A stretch of 64,000 nucleotides of DNA, taken from assembly GCA_963705255.1 (NCBI GenBank), contig OY970061.1, positions 2,080,001-2,144,000 on the forward strand. Direction: 5' to 3'. A program made the position numbers and the translations under genes. The notes beneath the pieces were generated by a model, which saw nothing but the letters and a program-made list of their open reading frames with translations, made no database searches and was not told where the DNA came from. The stretch's first letter is position 1. Each line of letters starts with the position of its first letter. The stretch comes from an uncultured Methanoregulaceae archaeon. Lineage in GTDB: Archaea > Halobacteriota > Methanomicrobia > Methanomicrobiales > Methanospirillaceae. Positions 34,137 to 46,300 of the stretch are shown here, in pieces.

Positions 34137-35052
34137 TTAACCATTAATCTGAATATCATACACCGCATGCCACTGCGCCGGCGAGTACGAGCGCACAACT
34201 CTTTCAGAAACAATCCTTCCGCCAAACTCTTCAATCCGGTGTGTGTGCTCCCCTTCCCGCGACACCAGCGAGTAAAAGTGAATTGCGCCACCCGGCCGGC
34301 AGAGCAGAAACGCTTCCGGCAAAAATTCCGTGCCGGCAAGGGGCAGGTTCATCACGATCCGGTCGAATTTCCATGGAAGTAACCCTGACCAACCGCCGTG
34401 CGTCTGCGAGCATCGGGAGTACATTCCTGGTCCGGTTCTGTGCGATATTCTCCAGCATCAGTCCGATTGCCTGCGGATTGAGATCAGACGCGACCACGAG
34501 CTCAGCCCGGGCTGCAAGGGTGATGGCAAACGGCCCGACACCAGCGAACATATCGAGGATTGTTTCTCCTTCCCGTACTTGGGCAAGGACGCGCTGCCGC
34601 TCGGTGGAGAGGCGGGCGGAGAAATAGGCACCGGCAAGGTCAACCGCGAACCGGTGCCCGTGCTCGGTTATCTCTGTCCGGGTGGTCTTCCTTCCAGCAA
34701 GTACCGTGAACTCCCGGGTACGGTACTCGCCGCGCACCTCACCTCTGGCAAAGACCACCGTGTGGAGCGAAGGGCGCGACGCAAGCAGTCTCTCCGCTCC
34801 TTCAGGGTCTTCTTCCTGCAGGATCGCGATCCCCCCCACCAGTTCGTGGCGGGGAAGCGGTTCCCGGCCCGGGTGTGCCTCGAACTCGCGCCACTCCGCA
34901 CCTTCGCGCTTGTCGAGGACCGGCAATATGAGCGATTCCCCGTCCCGCAGCACCCTGAGCGAGAGGTCGAGCGCGCCCTCGTGTATCAGCGCCTGCCGCA
35001 TTTCCTCCCCCTGCCGGGCCGGCACCCGGACGCCCCACTGCGGGACCGTCAT
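34137..35052 (-). CDS. Trm5/TYW2 (Met-10+)-like tRNA methyltransferase, with an indel at ~34390
   Basis: YFSARLSTER, LDMFAGVGPF, then FDRIVMNLP and VRSYSP in the next frame. Confidence 0.85.
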
Positions 35053-35096
35053 CCTGACCACGTGTATCATATCAGTATAAGTGCTAACCATTAATC

Positions 35097-36374
35097 ATGG
35101 CTGATGATGCGGAGGGCCGCTCTGGAGCTGGCAGCGGTGCAAAGTCAGGTCACGACAGGGACAGGGATACTATTATTCACCAGCGGCTCAGGGACGGGAC
35201 ACTGAAACTCTATGAACTCGAGAAGGAACTCACCCCGATCGATGCAATCCGGGTGCGGCGGGAATTCATCCAGGAAGAGACCGGCACGACTCTCGAAAAT
35301 GTCGGCATCCTCTCGATCGATGTCGAGCGGGTAGTAAAGCGGAACTGCGAGAACATGATCGGTGTCGTACAGGTGCCGCTCGGGGTTGCCGGGCCGGTTC
35401 TCATAAACGGGGGCTATGCTACCGGGAACTACTGGCTCCCGCTCGCGACAACGGAAGGAGCGCTTATCGCTTCGGTCAACCGTGGGTGCAGCGCGATAAC
35501 AAAAGCCGGCGGCGCTGAAGTCCGGGTCCTCCACGACGGCATGACCCGGGCGCCGGTCTTCTCGACCGACAGCGTGGGCCACGCGACGCAGGTCGGCGAC
35601 TGGGTGAAGGTCCACTACGACGAGCTGAAAGCCGCGGCGGAGAGTACCACTTCCCACGGTAAACTGACTGGCATCGTCACATTCGTTGCGGGAACAAGCG
35701 TTTACGTACGGATGGAATTCGATACCAAAGACGCGATGGGCATGAACATGGTGACCATCGCAAGTGCCAAGGTCGCCGACCTGATTGCACAGGGCACGGG
35801 CGCAAAACTGATCGCCCTCTCGGGCAATATGTGCTCAGATAAGAAACCCGCGGCAATCAACAGCATCATGGGACGGGGCCGGAGCGTTGTCGCCGGTGTT
35901 GCCCTCACCCACGAGCTGATCAAAGTGGTTTTCAAGACCGATGCAAAGACCATGTTCGAGGTGAACTATCGGAAGAACCTTGTCGGCTCTGCCCGGGCCG
36001 GCGCCATGGGGTTCAACGCCCATGCCGCGAATGTCACGGCAGCGATGTTCATCGCCTGCGGCCAGGACGCGGCGCACGCGATCGACGGCAGCACCTGCAT
36101 CACAACCGTCGATCTTACAGAAACCGGCGTGTATGTGGCGGTCACCCTTCCCTCGCTGCCGGTCGGAACCATAGGCGGCGGGACCGCTGTCGATACCCAG
36201 CAGGAATGCCTGAAGCTGCTCGGCGTTGCCGGCAGCGGGACCCCTCCTGGCACCAATGCAAAGAAACTGGCCGAGATCATCGGCGCGGCAGTCCTTGCCG
36301 GGGAACTTTCCCTTCTGGGTGCGCTTGCCGCCCAGCACCTTGCCCGCGCCCACCAGCAGCTGGGGCGGGGATGA
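35097..36374 (+). CDS. hmgA: HMG-CoA reductase (class I, NADPH)
   Basis: ENMIG, PLATTEGAL, DAMGMNM, SGNMCSDKKP, GTIGGGT. Confidence 0.95.
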   Translation: MADDAEGRSGAGSGAKSGHDRDRDTIIHQRLRDGTLKLYELEKELTPIDAIRVRREFIQEETGTTLENVGILSIDVERVVKRNCENMIGVVQVPLGVAGPVLINGGYATGNYWLPLATTEGALIASVNRGCSAITKAGGAEVRVLHDGMTRAPVFSTDSVGHATQVGDWVKVHYDELKAAAESTTSHGKLTGIVTFVAGTSVYVRMEFDTKDAMGMNMVTIASAKVADLIAQGTGAKLIALSGNMCSDKKPAAINSIMGRGRSVVAGVALTHELIKVVFKTDAKTMFEVNYRKNLVGSARAGAMGFNAHAANVTAAMFIACGQDAAHAIDGSTCITTVDLTETGVYVAVTLPSLPVGTIGGGTAVDTQQECLKLLGVAGSGTPPGTNAKKLAEIIGAAVLAGELSLLGALAAQHLARAHQQLGRG

Positions 36375-36391
36375 AAAAAACATTTTTTTAA

Positions 36392-36644
36392 GGCTCTGTT
36401 GAGCTCCTCAGAGAAACAGCAGTCGCTCTTGGGGGATCCAGCACTTCATGCTTCCGCCCCCGCCGCTCGGGCATCCCCCATATAGGGATAGTTCCTCAGA
36501 AGGTTGATGAAAAACCACCGAAAAACGGGAGGCAAGGGGATGCTCCCCTTGGGATGCCTCCCCGCTGGGGGAGAGAGGGGGTCATCCTCCTGACCATAGC
36601 AGAGTATACGCAAATGATTAGAAAAATAGGATTTCAACAAAACC
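36392..36644. mobile_element. MITE-like element (~253 bp)
   Basis: Imperfect terminal inverted repeats GGCTCTGTTGA ... TCAACAAAACC (9/11); internal GC hairpins; no credible ORF; lies between convergent genes. Confidence 0.55.
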
Positions 36645-36788
36645 GTTTTAAATAGAACTTTCGCCAAACCGATCGAGGACCGGGTAGGATCCCTGTCAGT
36701 GTAAAACACGGCAAGGCGTTTTGCGTGTAAGGGAATCAGGATCGAAGGAAGAATGATGCCCGGGTATTCCGGGTCAATTGGCCTGTCT

Positions 36789-37301
36789 TCAGAATCTGAA
36801 CCATCTCATCATGACGAGGGCATCTTCCCCATCGGCATAATAGTGCTCGATCCCGAAGACTTCCCGGTAACCGAGACTGCGGTAGAACCTCTGCGCTGCC
36901 GTGTTGGAAACCCGCACTTCAAGCTGGACCCCGGTTGCCAGTTCCAGCGCAAACTGGTGCTCGACCCGCCGCACGAGCAGCTTCCCCACACCCCTGTGAC
37001 GGTACCGGGGGCTGACGCCAAGATTGCAGAGGTGCCCGTAGATGTTCTCCCCGGTATCTTCGAGTCCGCCCACGACAAAACCTGCCACCATCCCGTCGCA
37101 GACTGCGACAAAATACGTGGTGGGGTAGTAGGTGAGCGCTTCAAGGAACACGGACTGCTCCCAGGGATCGATGAAGGAGTCCTTCTCTATCGCCACGATT
37201 GCCGCAATGTCTGAAGGAACTGCCCGCCGGATCTGCGGCAGGGAATAGGTGGCAAGGTCGTGGGGTCGTATCATCGGGGTCTCCTCAGCAGTACCACTCA
37301 T
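36789..37301 (-). CDS. rimI: RimI/Ard1-type N-acetyltransferase
   Basis: RHRGVG, LEVRVSN..AQRFY, YYADGEDA. Confidence 0.9.
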   Translation of the reverse strand: MSGTAEETPMIRPHDLATYSLPQIRRAVPSDIAAIVAIEKDSFIDPWEQSVFLEALTYYPTTYFVAVCDGMVAGFVVGGLEDTGENIYGHLCNLGVSPRYRHRGVGKLLVRRVEHQFALELATGVQLEVRVSNTAAQRFYRSLGYREVFGIEHYYADGEDALVMMRWFRF

Positions 37302-37434
37302 GAGCGCCCGGGAATCATAGTATTTGTCCTGCAGGAAGCCGGGTCCGGTAGGAGTTTCAGGTCTTTGGCTATATATGGGATCACGCCCAACTATGAGAGC
37401 AAGTCAGCGTCTCCCTGGCGGGGCAGGGTCTGGT

Positions 37435-38701
37435 ATGGTGAAGATTTATCGATTTGCAGGAGTGCGGCCCGAACCATCTGCCGCACCGGAGATCGCGGCA
37501 GTCCCGTACGATGTTGTGACTGCGGATGAAGCTCGTGCAATCATTGCCAGAAACCCGCAGAGCTTCCTGCGCGTGAGCAGATCGGACGCGGAACTCCCCG
37601 ACCTCTCTCCCCATGACGAGCGTGTGTACCAGCGGGCGCGCGACAATTTCCTGGCGTTGGAACATGACGGACGCATAAACAAAGATCCTGTCCCCGGCAT
37701 GTACATCTACCGTGTACAGCAGGACGGCGACACATTTTTCGGGCTCTTCTGCTGCCTGGATGTGGACGATTACCGGAACAACATTATCCGCAGGCACGAA
37801 TTGACGCGGTATGACAAGGAAGAAGACAGGACCCGGCATATCGAAGCCACAAGGACCCACAACGGCCCGGTCGTGCTGCTCTACCGGAACCATGATGATA
37901 TCCTCTCGTTCATCGAATCGCAGGTCGCAGCCGCGGACGGCCCCGTTGCCGAAGTGCGGACCGGTCAGGGAGCGCTCCACCAGGTGTTCCGGATTACGGA
38001 TGACAAGGTACTCACCCGGCTCGAACGTCAGTTCTCAGCATTGCCATCCCTGTATATCGCGGACGGGCACCACCGCGCAAAAGCGGCGGTGAACGTTGCC
38101 GACCGCATAATCGCAGCCGGGAGGACACCTGATGAAGAGGCCTGCCGTTTCATGGGGGTCATTTTTGCCCACGATTGCGTGAAGATCCATGGCTACAGCC
38201 GGTTGCTCGCCGACCTTGGGCGGTTTACGCACGAAACATTTCTGGAAGAACTGAAAAAATTCTTTGAGGTCAGGTCCTATGGACCGGTCAAAGGCGGCGG
38301 GTACAACATCCCGCCGAAGATCAAACGTCCGGAGCACTACCATGTCATGCACATGTACCCTGGCCGGCCGGTGGTACGAGTGCACCCGCCCGCTGGAGAA
38401 AGGGGCGGCACTTCTTGATCTCCTGGACGTGGCCGTCCTCCAGAAATACGTCCTTGAGGGGATGCTCGGCATCACCGATCCCCGCGGGGATGCACGCCTC
38501 CAGTATCTCGGAGGGGCGAGGCCGGTTGCCGACCTCGAAAGGCTTGTGGACACTGGGGAATATGTGCTCGCATTTGCCATGCAGCCGGTCAGGGTCGAAA
38601 CAGTCCTTTCCATTGCCGACGCCGGTGGCGTAATGCCCCCGAAGTCGACGTGGTTCGAGCCCAAGCTCCTGAGCGGGCTGGTCATCCATACATTCGGGTG
38701 A
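37435..38701 (+). CDS. DUF1015 family protein (ParB/Srx-like), with +1 indel at ~38359
   Basis: PYDVV, RRHELT, YIADGHHR, MPPKSTWFEPKL.SGL. Confidence 0.88.
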
Positions 38702-38749
38702 CCCGCCTACCTATTCCTTTAACGTTTTTTACGGAGAATATTTTACGGT

Positions 38750-39624
38750 ATGATCACCATCGCACTTCCCAAGGGCAGCCTCGAGGCCCAGACACTCCAG
38801 CTCTTCAGGGAGGCGGACCTCGAGGTCAGGCGCACGGACCGCGATTACAACCCCCGCATAGCGGACAGCCGCATCGGTAAGATCAAGATCCTCCGCCCGC
38901 AGGAGATCCCGACCTACGTGGAAAAAGGGTATTTTGACCTTGGCATTTCCGGGCTCGACTGGGTACAGGAGACCGGGTCCGATGTTGTGGAGGTGGCCGA
39001 CCTTTCGTACAGCAAGACCGGCGAGGGGAACGTCAAGATCGTCGTGGCGGTCCACCGCGACGAGCCGGTCGGTGATGTCAGCCAAATCCGCCCGGACAGC
39101 AGGGTGACAACGGAATACCCGGAACTCACGAGAAAGTTTTTTGAGCGGTCTGAACATCCCCGTCCAGCTCTTCCACTCGGTACGGGGCATCGGAGGCGAA
39201 AGTGCCCGACCTGATGGACGTGGTCGTCGACCTCACCGAAACGGGGACAACGCTGCGCAAGAACGGGCTCAAGATCATCGGCCAGATCATGGAGTCCCAC
39301 ACGGTCATTATTGCCAACAGGGAGAGCTGGGCAGATCCCGGGAAGCGCCGGGAGATTGAGGAGATAAAGACCCTGCTCTTCGGTGTGATCGAAGCACGGC
39401 ACAAGGTGCTCCTGACCATGAACGTACCGACCCACGCCATGGAGCACCTGATCGCTGCGCTGCCGGCCATGAAAAAACCCACGATAAGCCGGCTGCACGG
39501 CATCGATTATTACAGCATCCAGACCGTAGTCCAGAAAAATGCAGTCAACCAGCTCATCCCCCGGCTCAAAGAGTGCGGGGCAGAAGATATCCTTGAGATC
39601 CCGATCTCAAAGATCGTACCCTGA
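38750..39624 (+). CDS. hisG: ATP phosphoribosyltransferase (long form), with indels at ~39149 and ~39180
   Basis: IALPKGSL, RPQEIP.YV, DLTETGTTL, C-terminal GAEDILEIP. Confidence 0.92.
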
Positions 39625-39861
39625 TACCTGGATACCGCTGACCCGGTTCCCTTTTTCCATCGGTACTTACATAACAACTTCCGGTTGTGCAGGAGCCAGC
39701 TTCCCGCGATCGTTTTGCAATACCCCAGGAAAATGCATAAGCGGCACCGGATCTCCATTCCGGTTAGAAATCCAAACCAAATTATTTTCCCATGTCAGGT
39801 TCATATTGCTGTAAGGACGCCCATGCACATACGAACATCCCCGTTTCCGTCCGACACCCTG

Positions 39862-41088
39862 ATGGCGATAGAGATCGATGCAAAAAAAACCGGGGTGCAT
39901 TCCACGTGTCAGCTCCTGAACGAGCCCCGTTCCCGGCAAAAACCGTCATCTGGCAGATGCAATCGTCTCTCCGTGAGAGAGGATGCAAATCTTTCCCTTG
40001 ATTTCCTGGTGGGCTTTACGGTATTTATCGTAGCCTTCATTTACGTGGCAACCCTCATACCCGGCCTCCTGCTTGATATCCAGAATAAGAATATTGATTA
40101 TAGCGGTGTTGCTTACCGTACAGGAGTCATCCTAACCGAAGACCCCGGATCTCCGAGCTCATGGGAGAGCCAGGCAATGTATTCTGATTACTTCATCAAT
40201 ACCAATAACATCCGGTTGGGTCTCGCGGTCTCCAAAGATACGCCGAATGTACTGTCCATCCAGAAAATAAACCGGTTTTATTGCAGTACTACCTTTAATT
40301 CACCGCAGGAGTACCTCTCGCGGGTGATATTTGGTGACTATCCCTATATGTTTAATATCTCGCTGCAGATAACCGGTGAAAATGCAACGCGGTCGGTTGG
40401 CGAAATACTACCCGATAAGTACGGCTACATCCGCAGGGTCGTGAAAGTGAAGAGCTCCAGTAATGTTACAATCGGACTGCCTGTCATTACTGCTTTGAAC
40501 ATGATCTCCACGGATAATGTGACTACGCATCCTTTCACCGTGCTTTTCAACTCCACCGACCTGCTTGCCAATACGTCAAATCCCGCGTGTAATAACCCGT
40601 TGTATCAGATCAACCTCTGGCAGGATCAGATGATGGTCAACCTGACCGATCTGCATCAGACGATGAGGAATTCAACCTACACGAATGCCAACCTTGTCAG
40701 CGTGACCATCCTCCGGGCACAGCAGTCCCAGCCGTACCCGAACCCTTCGATCTCTACGGTCGAAATATTCGACAGTACCAACCCGCCGGGAGGGGTCCCG
40801 CCGTTGTTCCTGTACGTTGATGGCAATTCCACACCTCAACTATCGCTGCCGGTCACCGTTGTTGATAATGTCTCGCTCATCCTCTCACCGGGATTCTTCT
40901 ACAATATGGGCTATAATACCAACAATCAACTGGATCAGCAGACCCAGTTATATGTGAAATATACTTTTAATCTTACTCAGCCTGATCACTACCTGAACAA
41001 CACGGTACCCGGTCCATTTGCGTATACCTATTCTGATGTCACACCGTCGACATTCAGAGACGGTGTCATGGAGGTTGCCGTATGGTAG
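39862..41088 (+). CDS. Large prepilin-like (class III signal peptide) protein; start codon uncertain
   Basis: REDA|NLSLDFLVGFTVFIVAF; Asn/Thr-rich extracellular body; ends MEVAVW. Confidence 0.7.
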   Translation: MAIEIDAKKTGVHSTCQLLNEPRSRQKPSSGRCNRLSVREDANLSLDFLVGFTVFIVAFIYVATLIPGLLLDIQNKNIDYSGVAYRTGVILTEDPGSPSSWESQAMYSDYFINTNNIRLGLAVSKDTPNVLSIQKINRFYCSTTFNSPQEYLSRVIFGDYPYMFNISLQITGENATRSVGEILPDKYGYIRRVVKVKSSSNVTIGLPVITALNMISTDNVTTHPFTVLFNSTDLLANTSNPACNNPLYQINLWQDQMMVNLTDLHQTMRNSTYTNANLVSVTILRAQQSQPYPNPSISTVEIFDSTNPPGGVPPLFLYVDGNSTPQLSLPVTVVDNVSLILSPGFFYNMGYNTNNQLDQQTQLYVKYTFNLTQPDHYLNNTVPGPFAYTYSDVTPSTFRDGVMEVAVW

Positions 41089-41584
41089 ATGACCGGGGAC
41101 AGCTCTACACGATCGAAGGTTTCGCCGCCGCGATCATTATGGTTTTCACCGTCCTCCTCGTCCTCGGTTCGACGACGGTATATACTCCGGGCGATGCCCA
41201 CATCAGCGACCTCCAGCTGCAACAACTCGGACACGATGTCCTGTGGACCATGAGCATTCCGCCAGCCCCTGCTGCACCAAGCCCCCTCCAGCAGGATATC
41301 GGGGGGTATCAGCCCGCTGCATTCAAAACATCGTTCATGAACGGCATCAACAACAAGACCGGGTTTGAGACCGATACGCTCCAGTACAGCGCTTCGGTCA
41401 CCTGCCGTGATGCCAGCAACAACATTATCCAGACCCCGTTCGCCTCCTCCCGGAACCTGACCGGGGGGAGCATGCGGTGAGGGTGACCGAGTGGGTTCTG
41501 GTCCAGCAGACATGCCCGCTCAATTCAGGGGGAACGGCGGGTGTACACGCAATGCTGGTAGAGGTGCTTCTATGGCGCGAATGA
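41082..41584 (+). CDS. Prepilin-like protein, with an indel in the G-run at ~41466
   Basis: DDRG|QLYTIEGFAAAII; the restored C-terminus VEVLLWRE* overlaps the next ATG. Confidence 0.7.
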
Positions 41585-41952
41585 ATGATGATGCCCAGTG
41601 GATCATTCTCATGGGGTTCATAGTCAGTTTCAGCCTGTTCTTCCTGGCAACGGTGATCGACCAGTCGACCTTGGTAGGCCAGACAACGGCAGAAAATGTA
41701 CAGGACTTTGGAAAGAACGATATTCGCGACACGCGGGCGGTGATTATCGATGCGGTTTACACTGATCCCAATGATTTTAATTCCCCCCCTGGTGTCAGTC
41801 AGAGCATCCAGACAGACATCCAGACAATTTCCCTCGCGCGTAAAGGTGCGGTAGTGAATTATTCAAGTTCATTGAATAATCCCTACATGATTATCCAGAT
41901 TCACTATAATAATGGAGTGACCGTTTACAATGAGACCTGGACATCCCCCTGA
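41581..41952 (+). CDS. Prepilin-like protein
   Basis: MNDDA|QWIILMGFIVSF. Confidence 0.7.
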   Translation: MNDDAQWIILMGFIVSFSLFFLATVIDQSTLVGQTTAENVQDFGKNDIRDTRAVIIDAVYTDPNDFNSPPGVSQSIQTDIQTISLARKGAVVNYSSSLNNPYMIIQIHYNNGVTVYNETWTSP

Positions 41953-42391
41953 TCGGAAATCTGAAAGCGGTGTTGCAACTCTGATAGAATATGTCATGAT
42001 AACGGGCGTCTTCATGGTTCTCTTTGTTGTTATGCTCCTGCTGGTCAGTGCAAATATTATGGAGAACCCGGCCAACACCCTCAAATATTATGCGTTCACC
42101 GATATCGGCAACGGGATCTCCACAGAGATCGTCGATGTCTATAGTCTCGCTCCCCAGAACGGGACCATATCGACAAAATTCAGTATTCCGCAGGATGTTG
42201 CCGGAGAAGCCTACTCGGTAGATATCGAACCGAGCATCAACCGGAATGATCAGGATGTTATCGTATGGCGGAATTCCATATCGAGCAATACCAGCCTGAG
42301 TGGTATTATGCTCTCAGATCAGGGAACCGTTATCGGAAATACAACAAACGAGGGGATAAACATGATCTCCTATGATTCAGGAGGGTTTTAA
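41930..42391 (+). CDS. Prepilin-like protein
   Basis: SESG|VATLIEYVMITGV. Confidence 0.72.
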   Translation: MRPGHPPDRKSESGVATLIEYVMITGVFMVLFVVMLLLVSANIMENPANTLKYYAFTDIGNGISTEIVDVYSLAPQNGTISTKFSIPQDVAGEAYSVDIEPSINRNDQDVIVWRNSISSNTSLSGIMLSDQGTVIGNTTNEGINMISYDSGGF

Positions 42392-42393
42392 TC

Positions 42394-43182
42394 ATGTTCG
42401 CGTGCAAAAGCAATCCGTGGTCTGATGCCGGTGTTTCGGAATCGGTCGGGTTCATGATTATTTTTACGATCATTATCACGGGAATCGCGCTCGTCACCCT
42501 GTACGGTTATCCTGTGCTCCTGCAACAGCAGTCAAGTGCAAACGAGCAGGTGATGGAAAAGAATATGATCGTTCTGCAGAATGACCTCAAAAGTCTCTCG
42601 TACAGCATGGATCCGTACTCCGAGACTTCTCTGAGCATTGGCGGGGGGACGCTGTTCGTGTACAATGAATCCTACAGCCTCAGCCCCGCCACATTCAGTG
42701 TCGCGTGTAATAATGGCAATATTCTGATCCCTCCGAACTCTACAGGAAAGATACAGTATCAATCTCTCGATGCACAGACAAATATCGCGCTGGAAAACGG
42801 CGCCGTTGTGATGCGCATGACTACTATCAACGGCTCGGCAATGCTTGCAGAGCCTCGTTGGTTTTATGATGGTCCGACCAACACTGCCGCACTCTACCTG
42901 ATCAGCTTTACAACGGCATCCCCGATGGCACGGTCGGGTATCGGTACGGTCTCGATGGAGCGCGGGTATTCCAATTATTCTTCTCTTCAGGTTCCTGCAG
43001 GAACTACCTGCACGGTGAGTTATACACCGGATTCTACAGATGATTATAGTGTAGCGTGGAATAATTATTTTGCCACGACCTTCTTCCCGCCAACTTCACC
43101 GGGCGTATACCCTCTACTCGATCCCACCAGGAATGGTCAGATCGTCATCTACCAGGATAATATCAAGGTAAAATCTGTATAG
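42394..43182 (+). CDS. Prepilin-like protein
   Basis: SDAG|VSESVGFMIIF; ENGAV motif. Confidence 0.75.
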   Translation: MFACKSNPWSDAGVSESVGFMIIFTIIITGIALVTLYGYPVLLQQQSSANEQVMEKNMIVLQNDLKSLSYSMDPYSETSLSIGGGTLFVYNESYSLSPATFSVACNNGNILIPPNSTGKIQYQSLDAQTNIALENGAVVMRMTTINGSAMLAEPRWFYDGPTNTAALYLISFTTASPMARSGIGTVSMERGYSNYSSLQVPAGTTCTVSYTPDSTDDYSVAWNNYFATTFFPPTSPGVYPLLDPTRNGQIVIYQDNIKVKSV

Positions 43183-43310
43183 TTTGAAAGAAATCGCTTT
43201 TCACTTGCAGCGAGAGTAAAAGATGATGGTAGTATTTTTCTTTGTATTTCGCGAATTTTCGGATAGGAATTAATCCCGGATACTACGTCAATAATTTTTT
43301 TAAGAGAGAT

Positions 43311-46300
43311 TCATTGCAGCTTGATGTATGCTTTTCCTGAGGTTTTGACCTGTATGTCACTCGCAGTTTCAGAAACTGCACTGAGCGCATCATTCGCCTG
43401 GGCAAGGACACAGATATAATAGGTCCCCGCGGGCAGGGTACGGACATCAAGACTCGAGGACTCGCTCGATTCACCAGGTGGTATACTCGTCTGCTGGTTA
43501 AAGAGTACCCATGGCGATGCCCCGCATGTCTGCGGTTGCTGATAAACTGTCGAGTAATAGAGGCGTTCCATGGCAGTCTGTGCGCCCGGGTAGGTTGTAT
43601 TCCATTGCAACGGCACGAAATCGGTAATTATTCCTGACTGGGTCACCACGAAATTAGAGAGCTGAATCGACTGTGTGGTCACCCCGGTATTGGTAAGATT
43701 ATTGACCGCGGTGATATATGCAGGGGGGAGTGTCATCGAACTCGTTCCATTATTGAACGTGATGGTTGACGGGCCGCCAAACAGCTGGATGCTGCCTGCC
43801 TGTGTTACATTGAGCTCGAATATCGCCTGCCAGGTCTGGCCGAGATTTATGGTCCCGATGTTGAAGTTCAGTTGCTGGTTGAGATTCCATTGACCGGACT
43901 GATCCGTGTTATTTGTTACTCCGTCCTGCCAGGTGATATCCGTAGAACCGGGATTCGCAGCTACGTACCTGAAGACCTGGGCGCCCGGGACCGTTACACC
44001 GCTGACGTTCACATTCTGGAAATCCAAATTCATCTGGGTGTTCACGCCGGCCGCGGTCTGCAGATTTCCGGCAATATTGGTGTAGATTTGCGCAAGCGTG
44101 GCCGCGTCAGGAGCATTTGCATAAAATCCACCGGTTGCCCCCGCCAGTACTTCCATATCTGAGATCGCCTGTGGATCGAATGAATTATAGTAGGATATCG
44201 TATAGATCCGGATATTGTTGTTAGCGGCGAATACGGACATATTCTGTGCGGTAAATGCCCCATCGGTGCATGTAGATGTGGAAGAAGGTGTCGGTTTTGA
44301 TGAGGGGGTGTTCACCGTAGTTGTAACCGGACCTGGATTAGAGCCCGTAACAGTGATATAATTCGACTGTGCAATTTGATTGCTTCCGGCAGCGTTGGTC
44401 ACCGTTTCGGTAACTGTGTAATAGTGGGTTGATTTGTGTTGTGCGTAGGTATATACGGGATTCTGGAGGTTTGATGTCCCGGAATTATCTCCGAAATTCC
44501 AGCTCCACGAAGTGCCCGCGGTGATGCCGGTCGATGTGTCCGTGAACTGGACCTGACGGGCAGTTCCGGTTGTATTGCCGATAAAATTGGCCTCGGGGGG
44601 TGATATAAGGTCACCACCCAACCCGTTGTAATACAGGTATTTGTTCGGTTCAAGTGCGCTCGTACTGTAACCGGAGTATCCGGCGGGCGGAGCAGGGTAG
44701 TAGCCGGTCCCCCTGCCAAGGAAATCGCCCAGCCAGTTGTAATCCCCATCCGTCAGGAGAATGACCGCCCGCACCGCTTTCGGGTTGGGATTGGGATTAC
44801 TGTTGAGCAATGCAACGGACTGGTAGAGCCCGTCCCGCGTCCCTGTCACTCCGTTCGCCTTCAGATTATTGATCGCAGTATTAATCGTTGCAGAATTGGT
44901 CGTCAGTGGTGAATTGACAGTGGTATCGATATTCTGCCCGCTGTCATAACCGGAAAATGAGACAACGGCGATCCGGTCATTCGACGCATTCATCATGGAG
45001 ACAAAATTTTTTGCACCGGCTTGTGCATTCTGGAGCTCGGTTTTACCATTGCCCATCCCCGTGCTCATACTCCCGGATCTATCGATAAGGAGGACGGCAT
45101 CGATCGGATTCGGAGCGAGTGCCCACCCGTCCCCGGTCAGTTTGACGGTCACCGTGACCGTTCCATTTACCCCGACCGTTGGGGGGAAGACGCTCGTAAA
45201 GGCACTGAGATAAGGATAGTTCTTCCAGGTCAGAATGACGCTCTGCTGCATGCCATTCCACGTTGCAGTAACAGGACAGGTTCCGGTAGCCGTTGGATTA
45301 TAATACATCATCGAAGCGTTTGTTGAAAAACCCCCGGGAATAAACTGGACTATGGCATTACCGTTGCTATCAGTCACAGCACTGGTGCCTGTAAGTTTTG
45401 GTGCGGCGGTGACAATATCAGTACTTTTGTCATAGGTGGGGGTGCCAAGACTGAACGTCACCGTCTGGCCGGCCACAGGGTTGCCCATCACGTCCATGAC
45501 CTGTGCCGTTATATTCGCCGCAGTATTGTTATTCGCATCCAGACTGGGCATTATCTGAGGATCTGCGGTGAGCACCCAGTTCACGGGCGCCGTACTGTAA
45601 AAGGTCACCGTTTCATTGCAGGTGACCGAGGAATTCGCGAATGCCGTTGCCGTGAGGGTGACATTTTCAGCAGTGCCCTGCGGACCGTACGTCAGCCCTA
45701 TCTGACCAACCTGATTTGATGTCAGATTCGGATAATACTCGCCTGCACTTGTCTGAACAGATATATTCTGGCCAATTGTAGGGTTACCGTATTTGTCATA
45801 CAGAATGTATTCAACGGAAACGGTATGGGCCATATCTGCCGGCACGTCCGGGGGACTCGGGCTTGTTGTCTGGACGATCGACGCAGGAACACCATTGGCA
45901 ATGCCAAGAATAGATGGATATTCATCCGGGATAGCGCCAAATGTTTGCATATGGATATTGTTCTGTCCCGCAATGGAATCGAGCAGAACTTTCACCGATA
46001 GTACTCCCTGTCCATCCAGCTGCTGGGTAGTGCTGGTTACGTAGGCTCCATTACTATCAAAGGCTGCCTTTCCACTGACAGAACCGATCTGGAGTGAGAC
46101 GGTGTCGGGATCAGCAGGATTGCGGTGGTCGATGACGTTGCCCCACTGGTCGGTATAGGAGACATTGAACCAGATCTCGGTGCCGACGGATGCCTGAGGT
46201 GGCGATGTCACCGTCCAGTAAAACGGGACATCGTGATCAATCTGTTGAACGTAAACGAGATTTGTGATGTTGCCATTGTAAGTCAATGCTGCTCTGATGG

